64,000 bases of DNA. Source: Monocercomonoides exilis PA203 (Eukaryota > Protista > Preaxostyla). Position numbers and translations under genes: made by a program. Location: assembly GCA_001643675.2 (NCBI GenBank), contig LSRY02000032.1, positions 744,001 through 808,000 of the forward strand, read 5' to 3'. Shown here in pieces: positions 1 through 11,606 of this stretch (positions within the stretch are counted from its first letter, which is position 1; the number at the start of each line of letters is the position of its first letter). Below the pieces are notes generated by a model, which searched no databases, was not told the DNA's origin, and saw nothing but the letters and a program-made list of their open reading frames with translations.

Positions 1-16
1 TAGGATCAAGGGATGC

Positions 17-3000
17 ATGATTCTGATGAACTCGTCAGTTATATTGAGTGAGTTTGTGATGATTTCTGAAAAGGAAAGGTGTGCAATCGGAGTTTGCAAA
101 GGGAGCAGTGTTGTTGTGGATGAGTGTGAAGTGGCAATGGAGAGTGGAATTTCACCATTGGAGTTGCAGGGAGGTTGTGCAATATTGGCTAATATTTCTC
201 TCGGTTCGACAACTCGATTTTCATCTTTTAATTTTCCGCCTCTTTTTGGATCAAAACAGTCTGAACACAAAGTTGCGGGTTTCGGACGTGTTTGCGTGTA
301 TTTGTCATGTTTCTCTTCTTTTTGTGTATCTTCAGCTCCATTCCTCTCGGCTTCATTCATTTCCCTAATATCACTCTCCCAACTGATCTTCTTTAACATT
401 TCCACTAGTCCATCGAAAACAGCATATATGGCTGAAGGGCTGAGCCAAACCTCGTTTCTGATGAGTGGGTGTGAGTTTGTATCAGTGTGGGATGTTTATG
501 ATGGGGGCATTGTCCCGTCACTCAACAGCCCCTCATCATCCTTGGCTGCCTCAAACACCTCATTTGTCAGGTGCTATCGATCACAGAATGTTGCAGTCAG
601 CGGGAGTGAGGGGAATCCATCGAAACAAGTGAGACAGCAGATTACAGAAAATGGGGCGAATTCATTCACTTGGTGTGAGTGGAATGGGTCAAAAACAACA
701 GGAGAAAATCGTTCATATGAAGATAGCGCTTCAAATGGAGGGGCAATATACATGCATAACATGGTATCGGGAACACTTTCGGTACAATATTGTTCATTCA
801 ATGACTGCTATGCGCATTATGCTGGAGGAGCAATCATGTGTCATACTCTAAAATCTGTTCAAATCGAAAATAATTCATTCAATTCTTGCATTGCAAAAAA
901 TATGGGTGGAGGGGGAATGCTTGCTTATTCTATTTCAACATTTGTCAAGATCAGTGGGTGTGAGCTCCAAAAATGTGAGGCTAGCTTTGATGGAGGTGGC
1001 ATTCATCTTAATTTTTTCCCGAACATAGAAATAGAATCTTTTGGAACAGAAAATGATGTTGGCGAGAACTCGTACGTGTTTGAGTGCTCATTCTCTTCGT
1101 GCTATCTAACACATTCAAATGGCGGAGGCATGTATTGTTCAAATATTCCGGCTAAATTTAAAATGAGGAACATCCTGTTCATTTCGTGCAACGCGTCAAC
1201 AAATGGCGGAGGACTGTATCTCAATCCATATCAAACAATTGAGCCAAGTGATCATTATTATTGTGTTTTTTTATACTTTCAGTTGTGTACAGTCACAAGT
1301 TATTCGTCATGTGGAGGCTTCAACGTTTGCTATATAGATCACTTCAATCAATATTTGGATACAGGAAGCCCATTCAATGAATGCTATACAACGAGTTCAA
1401 ATAATAGAAGATTGTATTATGAATATACAAATGGGACTTCTAACAAATTTCAGGAAACAGAAAAGCAAGATTGGTTGAAATTTGGAATAAGAGATCTTTT
1501 TGTTGATGCACTTGAATACAGAAACCTTGAGTATTGCGGAGCAAAAAAAACTTCCCCATGCAAAACATTTGCAACTGCAATTAAAAATAGCATGAAACAA
1601 ATGAATTGCACAATTACTGTTCTAAGCCGGAATCATGGGGTGGATAATGCAACAATTGTTATTGGAGAGAGAAACTTTGTTATTGTCGGAGGTGGCAGTT
1701 CTGTGAGTTTTATTGGAATGAATTCACTTTCTTCGCTTTCGACAACGCTATTTAGTGTGTCAACGGGCCATTTAAAAGTGATGCATCTGGGAATCGATCA
1801 GAATTCAACAAATATTCCTTCGCCTAATGTATTTATGGTATCAGGAGGGAATGGAATACTTTCGTTGGAAGATATTCTGATAAGTTCATGTTTAGGTGGA
1901 AATGCATTCTCCTCCTTTGTACTTGTTGAGCATTTTTCACAGCTATTAATTAATGGAGTTGAGATCAGAAACATGAATTTTTCACAGTCGCTATTATCAG
2001 AGTTGCAATCATCATCATTTTCTACTATTGGAGAAAGTTTAATATCGAATATGACAGTTCGGAATGTGAAGAGATTAGAAGGAGATGGAATAGTGGAGAA
2101 AGAAGTGAAGGAGGGAGAATCGTTTTCTGTGAGGAATATTTCAATGGAAGGATGCGAATGCATTGAAGGGAATGGAGGAGGAATGAAAATTCATTTGATA
2201 GGTGGAGAATCTGAATTGAAGGTAAATGAATGCGTATTTTGCTTGTGCACATGCTCAATACTGAATGGAAAAGGTGGAGGATTGATGATTGATGCCACTG
2301 AATCAAATGGGACAAATGTTGAACCTACAATATTCCCGCTTAGAATGCTCATTGAGAATATCACATTCTCGATGAACGATGCGTTTGTGGGGAAAGATGT
2401 ATTTATCAATTGCCATTCAATTGAACATCAGATCAATGAATCATTCTTTGTTCTTGATTTCAGCCAAGGTGCTCTGAAATTGAACAACTCTATCTGTGGG
2501 AGCGATTTGGTTGGGAATGAGAACGTTGACTTAATTCCTTTAATCACTTTTTTCAAAGCGACACAGGTGTTTATGAGTGGAAATGGAATGAATGGAAGGC
2601 AGTGTGGATCACAGAACAATTCATGTTTGAGCCTTGAGTGCGCATTGCAGCACATTCAAAAGGATGTGATGAATGTTGTTCTAATTGATGGAGAAGGGAT
2701 GATTGGAGGAGAATGTGTGATTGGGGATCTTGAAGTGAAACCAATGAAGAAGATACGAGCAACGATTCATTTGACAGTGAAGATCGAAAAAACTGATAAT
2801 GAGAAAAGCATTGTTGAGTTTGTGAATGAAAGTGTCGTTGAGAGGTGTGTGTTTGAGTTTGGTGGTTTGTTTGAAACAGAGCACACAAGTATCATGAAAG
2901 TGAAGAATGGATCATTAGGAATGAGTGAGTGTTTGTGGAAGAGTGTTGGAATGATGATGCGATTAAACAGCACAGTTGTTGAAGTGGAAGGCGGAGAACT

Positions 3001-5458
3001 GGAAATGATGAAATGTTCATTTACAAGCATGAACGTATCAAAAGCAATTTTTTTAGCGTATTTGGATTGTGATATTGAAATGTATCAGATCTCAATTAGC
3101 AACATTGAGAGCAGGAATAAGGGAGTGGTTTGTTTTGGGAAGAAAGTTAAAGTGCAGATGAAAGAGATGATCGTTGAAAATGCAACACTATTGTCAGAAG
3201 GGTGTGCGATTTCGATGGATTACATTGAGCAAGAAGTGAGTGTGCTGAACAACTCGTTTGGAAAATGCTCAAATTTGGAGGATAAGGGAAGCGTGATGCA
3301 GATCAGTGGGTGCAAGAATGTGAGTATTGAGGCATGTGTATTTGATGGAGAAAAGAATGGTGAAGTGAGAAGGAAAAGAAATGACAAAATGAACAGGAAA
3401 GAGATCTGTGGATGGAATGGATCATTGATTGATGCTGAAAACAGCTATGTGAAAATGAGGGAAACAGCAATCAGAAATAGCAAAGCAGGTGGGTTGTGGG
3501 TGAGTGGAGGAAGTGTGAAGATTGAGAAAGGAGAATTTGAGAACAACAACCCGTCAATTGAGGGATATCCATCAGCTCGAAGGAATGTGATCTGCGCAGG
3601 GAATGGGGAATTGAATGTTGTGAGTGTGAAAGGGGGAGATGGATCGAAGGATAATTCATCGATATGGATTCTGGACCAAGGATGCAAACTGAAGGGGATT
3701 GCGGAAGGAAGACCTTCTGCTTTGTTCATTCCAATTTTGGAGTCAGTAAAAGCGAGTGAAGAAGGAAGAATGATAAAATTAATTATGAGGGGAGATCTTC
3801 TTCTTCCGTGTAACCTCTCGACACAGATCACATTTACCGAAGGAGTTGTTCATGAAGTTGTGAAGGAACTTCATGGTGACGAGAGTTTTATTGATGAGAA
3901 TGAAGTTCATTGTGTCATAGAACAATCTGGATCTAGATGGAAGGATGATGAGACAAAAGTTGAAGTAAGGATTCTGTTTGGTAAAATGAATGCACCATCA
4001 TCCACTGAATCACTAATTGTGAAGAACAGAAGCGAATCAAAAAGCAATGGAAATGAGTTACTGGTTAAAGGAGGGAATGGAACAAAATCATCATGGGCCA
4101 TAATAATTGCAGTCATATTTATTGTACTGTTTTTGTTTGTTCTGATCGGATTTATTGTTGCATCTGTGAGATGGAGAAAGCAAAAGAGAAGAACAGAAGA
4201 ATTGGAAGAAATTGTGGAAGACACAACGAGGAAGGATCAGAAGGCATTTGAGATGGTGACGATGGAGATGTCACCCGAGGAGCAGTGGAGGAGAGCTGAG
4301 AAGGAGGCAGAGAAGAAGAACGATGAGAGGATTAAGAAGAGGGTGTATGCGAAAAGTCTGCAGCATTCAGAGTCATCAGAGCATTTGTTGAGTGAGAGTG
4401 GATCGACTGAATACATTTTGGGAAGAGACTCTGACAAGATTCCAGAATGGATGCTGGAGAAGGTTGAAGAAGAAGAGACAAGAAAGCGAGCACCTTCACT
4501 TTCCATTTCATCAACTTCAACAACTGATTCAGATTCCACATTTGTTCGGGGAGAAGATCTGTGCCCAACCACATCATCCATGTCCAATCTGGTGGATGCA
4601 ATGGCCTGCTCCTCGCCGCACGAGAAGCTGATTGTGGACTTGAGGGATTCGCTGTTCATGCTGCTTCACGGGAGGAACGAGAAGAAGGAGATGGCAATAG
4701 GAACTCTGAAGGAGAGGGAGCAAACAGCTGCTCAGATCCTGTTCTGGGTGGCTAATCTCGCACTCCACTCATTTGATGAGATGGAAAACCCACTTCAGTC
4801 ACTTGCCAATCTGAGCCCTCACATGGTGCTGTTCTCAGAACATATGGTCATTTGCATTATGATGCACTCTGACTTATCTTCTGATGATGATTCAGATTCC
4901 TCATCCATCTCTTCATCAACTGTTGTCACATCTGTAAGCGACGACGATGGTGATGATGATAGAGACTCTCTTCCTTCATCAGCATTTGAGGATGAAGATG
5001 ACAACATTGATGAGTATCTGAGGTGGAAGGCTCCAGAGCTGTTGATGAACAAAAATATTGGAGCAACAAAAAAGTCAGTGGTGTTCTCTATTGGAATGAT
5101 ATTGTGGGAGTGCTTGACACTGGAGATACCGTTTGGGGAGTATGAGGCGGTGATTGCTGGACAGAAGATCAAGAACGGAGAGAGACCGGGAACAAAAGCA
5201 CTTGAAGGGAGTGAATTGAAAGAGATGGTTGAGATGGCACTTTCTCATGATGAAGCGAAAAGGCCGGAACTGAATTCAATAAAGAGACAGTTTGTTACGG
5301 GGTTTATGGGAAATGCAATACGGTTTACAATATCGGATGCGATTGATTTGACAAACGAAATATGTGAAGAATGTGAAGATGGCAAGGGAGGGAATAAAGG
5401 AGAGAATGAAGAGGGGATTGAAAGAATTTCAAACTCAATAAAAACATCCATGTATTAA
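17..5458 (+). CDS. Receptor-like membrane protein: parallel beta-helix (pectin lyase-like/Pmp-type) ectodomain, one TM helix, C-terminal degenerate TKL-type kinase domain; probably 5'-partial
   Basis: 1813-aa ORF, frame open back to base 2. Repeated GGAI/GGGI..F..C motifs; hydrophobic WAIIIAVIFIVLFLFVLIGFIVASV followed by RWRKQKRR; kinase C-lobe motifs LRWKAPEL, VFSIGMILWECLTLEIPF, RP. No HRD or DFG. Confidence 0.8.
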   Translation: MILMNSSVILSEFVMISEKERCAIGVCKGSSVVVDECEVAMESGISPLELQGGCAILANISLGSTTRFSSFNFPPLFGSKQSEHKVAGFGRVCVYLSCFSSFCVSSAPFLSASFISLISLSQLIFFNISTSPSKTAYMAEGLSQTSFLMSGCEFVSVWDVYDGGIVPSLNSPSSSLAASNTSFVRCYRSQNVAVSGSEGNPSKQVRQQITENGANSFTWCEWNGSKTTGENRSYEDSASNGGAIYMHNMVSGTLSVQYCSFNDCYAHYAGGAIMCHTLKSVQIENNSFNSCIAKNMGGGGMLAYSISTFVKISGCELQKCEASFDGGGIHLNFFPNIEIESFGTENDVGENSYVFECSFSSCYLTHSNGGGMYCSNIPAKFKMRNILFISCNASTNGGGLYLNPYQTIEPSDHYYCVFLYFQLCTVTSYSSCGGFNVCYIDHFNQYLDTGSPFNECYTTSSNNRRLYYEYTNGTSNKFQETEKQDWLKFGIRDLFVDALEYRNLEYCGAKKTSPCKTFATAIKNSMKQMNCTITVLSRNHGVDNATIVIGERNFVIVGGGSSVSFIGMNSLSSLSTTLFSVSTGHLKVMHLGIDQNSTNIPSPNVFMVSGGNGILSLEDILISSCLGGNAFSSFVLVEHFSQLLINGVEIRNMNFSQSLLSELQSSSFSTIGESLISNMTVRNVKRLEGDGIVEKEVKEGESFSVRNISMEGCECIEGNGGGMKIHLIGGESELKVNECVFCLCTCSILNGKGGGLMIDATESNGTNVEPTIFPLRMLIENITFSMNDAFVGKDVFINCHSIEHQINESFFVLDFSQGALKLNNSICGSDLVGNENVDLIPLITFFKATQVFMSGNGMNGRQCGSQNNSCLSLECALQHIQKDVMNVVLIDGEGMIGGECVIGDLEVKPMKKIRATIHLTVKIEKTDNEKSIVEFVNESVVERCVFEFGGLFETEHTSIMKVKNGSLGMSECLWKSVGMMMRLNSTVVEVEGGELEMMKCSFTSMNVSKAIFLAYLDCDIEMYQISISNIESRNKGVVCFGKKVKVQMKEMIVENATLLSEGCAISMDYIEQEVSVLNNSFGKCSNLEDKGSVMQISGCKNVSIEACVFDGEKNGEVRRKRNDKMNRKEICGWNGSLIDAENSYVKMRETAIRNSKAGGLWVSGGSVKIEKGEFENNNPSIEGYPSARRNVICAGNGELNVVSVKGGDGSKDNSSIWILDQGCKLKGIAEGRPSALFIPILESVKASEEGRMIKLIMRGDLLLPCNLSTQITFTEGVVHEVVKELHGDESFIDENEVHCVIEQSGSRWKDDETKVEVRILFGKMNAPSSTESLIVKNRSESKSNGNELLVKGGNGTKSSWAIIIAVIFIVLFLFVLIGFIVASVRWRKQKRRTEELEEIVEDTTRKDQKAFEMVTMEMSPEEQWRRAEKEAEKKNDERIKKRVYAKSLQHSESSEHLLSESGSTEYILGRDSDKIPEWMLEKVEEEETRKRAPSLSISSTSTTDSDSTFVRGEDLCPTTSSMSNLVDAMACSSPHEKLIVDLRDSLFMLLHGRNEKKEMAIGTLKEREQTAAQILFWVANLALHSFDEMENPLQSLANLSPHMVLFSEHMVICIMMHSDLSSDDDSDSSSISSSTVVTSVSDDDGDDDRDSLPSSAFEDEDDNIDEYLRWKAPELLMNKNIGATKKSVVFSIGMILWECLTLEIPFGEYEAVIAGQKIKNGERPGTKALEGSELKEMVEMALSHDEAKRPELNSIKRQFVTGFMGNAIRFTISDAIDLTNEICEECEDGKGGNKGENEEGIERISNSIKTSMY

Positions 5459-5894
5459 TTTTGAATGTTGGCATTATTTAAGGATAATGGAGGAAGATGA
5501 AATTAATATCTGATATGAAATTATTTGGAAAAAAGGAAATGCTTAAAAAATGATGAAATTAGTTGTGTTATTTTGTAATTGTCGAGCCAGCTGGATGGAT
5601 GCCGCTGGCTTCAAGTGAAAATGTTAATTTGAGAAGGAACCCTATATATGTTTATATTGTTGTTATTTATGCATATTCAATGAGATTTATACATGTTTAA
5701 TTGGTTATGTGGGTTAATAATTATGTTATGTGTTTTCTTGAAATGGAAATTGTGATTTGTTTCATTGTATGTTTTAAGACATATTTTCTCTGTATTGTAT
5801 ATGTATTAATAATTGGCCATAATGAAATCTATTCTTGAATTTTTCATCAATCAATGTAATAAATATTTTTTGCACAGGAATCTTTTTTTTTCCA

Positions 5895-6582
5895 ATATGT
5901 GTGATTCCACCAAAAATTATTCAAGATCGAAAAAGTTATGTTTGAAATCGAAATTATTTAATTCAATATCGAAAATTCATTGATCATCATAAGTTTTGAG
6001 AAATCTTCAAAATTCAAACTCGTATCAGTTGCTTTTCATTTTGAGAATGATCTGAGAAATCTAATATTTTCAATCAAAAAAATATTTTTTTAATGTTTTT
6101 TGATGTATTTGATTGTGTGAAATAGTGAAAATAGGATAAAACTGAATTATAATTGAACTCTTCACATGTATTCAGGAGATAATAAGGAATTTGAGAAAAA
6201 AATGAAAGTGATAAAATAGTTCATGATCTTGTTTTGTGCACAAAAAGACAGAAATTTATTTCATTTATCGAAAACGAAATGTTTTCGATTTCATAAACTG
6301 CATTTTTAACTGATAAAATAGAACATTATCATTATTCTTATTGAGTTAAAGATCAATTCATATCTGTCTTCATCATGGAAAACATTTGAAAAAAATGGAA
6401 AAAAAACATTTTTAATAAATCAACATTTGTGATTATCAATATTTGTGAGAATAAAATTTCCTTGGTTTTGATTTGAATTGAAATTTAGAACTGATTAACT
6501 TCTTTTTCGATTTTGAATTGAAGTTTTCAGATTTCGAATAATAATTTTCGTTTTTGAATAATTTTTGGTGAATAACTCAAGA
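5895..6582. mobile_element. MITE-like foldback element A (ATAT-G terminus family)
   Basis: Starts ATATGTGTGATT. Perfect 17-bp inverted match 5908-5924 (CACCAAAAATTATTCAA) / 6554-6570, extending imperfectly for ~80 bp. Right end degenerate. Confidence 0.55.
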
Positions 6583-6604
6583 CTAAATATATTAATCAGA
6601 ACTC

Positions 6605-6879
6605 ATTTGGGTAAAAATACGGACTTTCAAGCTTTTTATGCACAAAGCATGAAAAAATTGCTTCGCTCATAACTTTATTTCCCTTTCTCAGATTTCAAAA
6701 TAAATTTGATTTTCAAATCCGCAAACAGGCCTTGTTGAAATCATAACATAAAGCTCTCCAGCATTTTGCGAATGTCAAAAAATAGAATTATTTTTATTGT
6801 GTTTTTTGTTCTCTAAAAGTCATGAAAAGTGTATAATTTTTCTATGAAAATGCTTGAATCAAAATATTTTGCCCCATAT
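6605..6879. mobile_element. MITE-like element B (ATAT-G terminus family)
   Basis: Left end ATTTGGGTAAAAATAC..TTCAAGCTTTTTAT matches the reverse complement of the right end ATATGGGGCAAAATAT..TTCAAGCATTTTCAT (~35 bp, imperfect). Confidence 0.5.
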
Positions 6880-7140
6880 GGTTAATAATTTTTCAAATCA
6901 TATCTATTCTTTCAAATTTTTCGGTTTGAAAATTTCTTTTGAATATCAACAAAAGAACACTGAAAAGTGAACAGGCATATTCAAGACTTCTTAATTTTTA
7001 TTTCAGATCATGCATTTGTTTTTGAAAAAGTTGTGATAATTTTAGCATTTGAATACAAAATCTTCTCCCAAAGGCAAACAATCTTTGAAAAATCAACACC
7101 CCGAAAAAAGTTATGATTTCAAAAATAATGACACACATAT
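6876..7140. mobile_element. MITE-like element C (ATAT-G terminus family); shares ATAT 6876-6879 with element B
   Basis: Left end ATATGGTTAATAATTTTTCAAATCATA versus reverse complement of right end ATATGTGTGTCATTATTTTTGAAATCATA. Confidence 0.5.
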
Positions 7141-7666
7141 ATATTCACGTTCTAATGAACAAAATTGAAAAGTTGAAGAAAATTCATGGGCTGATCCTTC
7201 TTGATATCATTCTTTTGCTCGAGTTTTGATAAAAAATCTATAGAGAAAGTGGATTATTTAATAAAAAAATTTAAAAAATAAAAAAAATTTTTTTGTCTTC
7301 AAGACATAAATAAAATTTTTTCAAAATAATCTCCATTTTGCAACTCATTTTTTCATAATCCCGTTTGGATAAAAATTTTGTTCAAAATTCGAACGAATGT
7401 TTAATATCTAAAAGGATTATCCATATTTCTAATTACTTTTTATTTTTTGAGATTTCCATTTGTTATTTTTGTTTTTAAGTTCGCATTGATAATTCAGAAC
7501 TTGATTAAATATTTATGTATTACATTTTTTTAACATTTGAAAATGATACAAAATTGGTAATAAAGTAACAGAGCTTGCAATTTCTATGAAATCCTTTAAT
7601 TATTTTCTTTGTTTTCAATCAATTTATGAAATGGTTGAAAGATATAAACAAGAAATGCAATCGAGT

Positions 7667-10600
7667 TTATGTGGGCGAAACAGGAGGTATTAATATTTCA
7701 GGTGACATATTCTGTGCAGCTGTTGTTGCTGAATTTGAATGATTTTTGTCTTTTGAAGAAGAAGAAGGATCAGAAATAGTTTGAGGAGGAGCAATGTTAG
7801 TCGTGCTTGGAGCATTGGAATGAGCAGGCGCCTGATGTGAATTGATCGAAGCCTGCTTCGGAGAGAATGTGGGGAAGATAGACTGATAGGAAGGCGACTG
7901 AGCAGAAGGTTGTGCTTGAGGCTGAGTTGATAACACAGGAAATACACGAGGTGAATGTGAATGCAGCATGGAAGGAGAAAAGGAAGGGCTTGTTGGGGCA
8001 AACTGCGAGGAATTCATTTGCGAGTTGAGTCTCCCAGAAAACTGCTGCTTTGTCTGAGAGCCCTCAGCTGCTGGCATCAGCCCCAGCGGCTGGTCAAGAG
8101 GCGCCGGAGGAACAATCGAGAGAAGCGCCGGAGCAAAACGGGTGTATTGCGGTGAATGAGCTGCGTCTGGCTGTGATGGATCGAAGGAGGCAGAAGGCGA
8201 TTGCTGAGGTTGTTGTTGTTGTTGCTGTTGGAGTTGAAACGCAGCCTCGTTGTGAGAAGCAGAAGAGAAGTTGTTCAAGGAATTGTGAGTGGACAAGGGG
8301 CGAGAGAATGTTGGAGATAAAGTGTATGACAGCTGCAGTGGAATAGCTGAGGAAGAGGTTGATGTCACCTGAGGCTGCTGCATCTGAGGGAGAGTGTTGA
8401 ATGAAGATGTCATGTTTGCTCCAACAGAAGCAGCAGAAGAAGCAGAAGGAAGATACGAATAGCTCAAAGGAGTGCCAACAGGCAGGCCAGTTGTCAGCGG
8501 CTGCGAGGCGATTGAGTTGCTTCCAGAAAGAGCTGTGCCGTCACTCGCATCCACACTGGGGAAAGGCTGTGAAGGGAACATCTTCGGAGAAAAGACCGGA
8601 GAAATAGTGGATGGAGGGAGAGAAGAGGTGTACACAGAATAGCGCGACGGAGCAGGGGAGAAGATGGTGATGGGCGGAACACGCTGTGGATGGAGCGAAG
8701 GAGAAGAGAAAGGCGAAAGTTCACCAGCTGGAGAGAACGGCTGGGAAATGCTGCCGCCAGAGACAGCGTGGCGCCCCATGAGTGGAGACTCGACAAATGC
8801 TATCTTCTGGTCAGTTGAGTGTGAAAATCCAGGGGAAGTGGTAGATAATATGTTTGTTGGAGAAGAAGAAGAAGAAGGTGATGATGATGATGATGATGAT
8901 GAAGAGGAGGAAGAGGAGGGAGAGGAGGAAGAAGAAGAAGATGATACGACAGATGAAGGCAGCTGTGGTGTGGAGTGTGTGTTGTTCTGCCTGTACATCT
9001 TCTTCGCCTCCTGCTTGATAAACCTCGGGTGCATCACAAACCCGCCATCCAGCGTCTCCTCAAACGCTTTCTCTCTCTCATAGTCCCGCGCCCTGGTTGT
9101 GCTGTCTACAGGCTGCTCGCCTTTCGCTTTCGCTTTCGCCTTCGCCCGCTCAATCAGCTTCTGCGTCTGCTCCAGCATCTGCCGCCGCTTCTCTGCTGCA
9201 CTCAGCTGGCTTCCCTTTTCGCGCTGTGACGTGCGCTCCTTCGACACTTTCTCTCCGCTTTTTGCTTCTTCCTGTTTCTCCTCTTTGGTTGTGGGGTTAT
9301 TGACAGCGTCTTTCTCAGAAGGTGTTGATGATTCTGCTCCATTTCTGAGCTGAGAACGAAGTGGCTCGTTTGAAGCTTGTTTTTGTTGAGACGGAGGAGG
9401 AGCAGAAGTTTCGATGGCTGGTGAAATGGATGTGGATGGTGGGAGTGTTGGAGATGTGGTTGATGTTGATGTTGATGCTGATGCTGAAGAAGAAGAGGAA
9501 GAAGAGGATGCTGAAGAAGAAGATGATGAAGAATCTGAAGACGATGAAGTGAAAGAGGCAAAGGCAGAGGCAGAGGCAGAAGCAGCCTGCTCGCTCGTAT
9601 TCACATTGGGCGAGGCAGCATTTGTGTGAAGTTCTGCTTCGTTTGTTTTTTGGTTCTGTTTTGAATTTGCATTCGCAGCAGCACTTGTTTCAGAGGGATG
9701 CTTCATTTCTTGACTGGGGTTATTCCTCGAGCCAGATGAAGCTGATGCATTTGGATGGATATTTGCAGTGGCTGTGTTGCGTGTCGACGCCCTGCCGCTG
9801 AATGGAGGGATCACCAGCCCAAGCGCCTTCACTTTCTCTCGCCTTCGCTTCTCTTCCTGCTCTTTCGCCCTTTCAGCTTCTTTGTCTTGCGCCAGCCTCT
9901 GAACGATATTGGCTTTCTCAGCATTTCCAGCTGCTCTTTCTATTCCTTTGTCTTTGGGCACTTCTTTGCCCTTTTCAATTTCCCTCTTTCTTTCTTTCTC
10001 TTTTTCCTTTTCTTTTAATTTGTCATCTCTGCCACCAGGCGCTGATGCGATGGCAGCAGCAGACCCGTTCACACCTTTATTCGATGAAGTGGCAGAAGAA
10101 GAGGAAGAGGAAGAAGAAGAGGAGGAAGAAGAAGTTGATAAAACCTGCCAATCAAACGGGCCGTTCAGATCAATCCCGTTTGTCGAGGCAGCTTTCTTGA
10201 AGAAGTTGATGATGAGGGAGTAGTCAGGTATTTTCGAGTAGTCGAGCGTGAGGAGATAAAGACGAAACTGATCGAATTCATATGGCAGCGGTGCAACAAG
10301 ATCCTCTCCAAGGTATTTTTCTTTGAGGTGCTGCACTTGATCCTGTGAGTGTATTTGATTCATAAGGAATGAAGCAAACATAGGAAAAATAAAAATAAAA
10401 ATGAATAAAATTGCATTTGCAATAAGAAGCAATAAGGAAAAAGCGAACGATACATGCTGCATTATAATTATTTCTCTCACATCATTCAACACACTCAACA
10501 CAGTCATTATTCATACCTTGTCTGAGAGAGAACTCCAAGGAAGTTTTCCCGTGTATAGTTCAATCAAAACATATAAAAGTGAGAACAAATCGTCTGCCAT

Positions 10601-11530
10601 TCCCAATTCCTTTCCATAATGGGCATTAAGAGTAGCATAACGAAGGGTCCCTCGAAAACTACCGCAGTAAGGCGGCTGAATTAATATAAAAACGATATTC
10701 ATAAAGTCATTAAAGATAATTTTGTTTTTTTTTTTCAAACATAGACGAATTATTTGTTACAAATTGTAATACAAGAAACTTAATAAGAAAAAAGCACACA
10801 AGCGTTGGCATTCCATCTACGTAATTTATGCCTTTGCATAAACCAAAGTCAATTAAGTATATAATACCAGAACCTTCAGAAGTTCTGCCAATTATAAAAT
10901 TTCCCTGAACATCACAATCCGACAGTAAAAGGTAAAACAATCAATTCAAAGCTTTTTTGAATTATAAAAAAATATCTTTACCGGTTTTATATCGCGATGA
11001 ACTAAACCGACCCCATGAAGTGTCTGAAGAGCTTCAACTGCCTGAATACCAATTTTTAGAATTGTTCTCAATGAAAATCTGTATGGAGGTTTAATATTTA
11101 TAAGATCTCTATTTATCAAAAATCGATTTTTCAAATAAAAATTCATAAAAAGTAAATAATCTTCAAAAAAAATTGCCAACATTAAGCTTGGCCCCAGTAA
11201 TTCCATAGCAACAAATCTATAGTCTCCATAGGATCCAAAACTATAAAATTTTGCGAAGTGAGGCTTTCCTAAAAACAAAAATAAAAATGTTTACAATAAG
11301 AAATCATTTCAATAACCTGCAACAGCTCTCAAAGTTTTAACTTCTGTTGCCAACAATATACGCTGAGATTTAACTTTCTCAAATTTTAATGCAATTTCTT
11401 TTGAAAAAGAATCTTTTTGAAATACGCCTTGAAATATTTCTCCAAAAGATCCTTCCCCAAGCTTTTTTATCAACGTATAATGTTGCTTAATTACAGTTCC
11501 GATCGCAAGCGGATTGAGGGGTTGTGACAT
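7667..11530 (-). CDS. Casein kinase 1 family, tau-tubulin kinase-like, with long Ser/Pro/Gln-rich C-tail; multi-exon
   Basis: Exons in successive ORFs carry [56 protein letters not shown] and LPW. GT-AG introns separate them; the last exon starts ~10343 (cag|GATCAA). Confidence 0.9.
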
Positions 11531-11606
11531 TCTGGACTAAACAAAGATCCAGAGTCTGTACCAAGCCACCTAATATTTGTATTTGATCTGAACCATATTC
11601 CCATTT

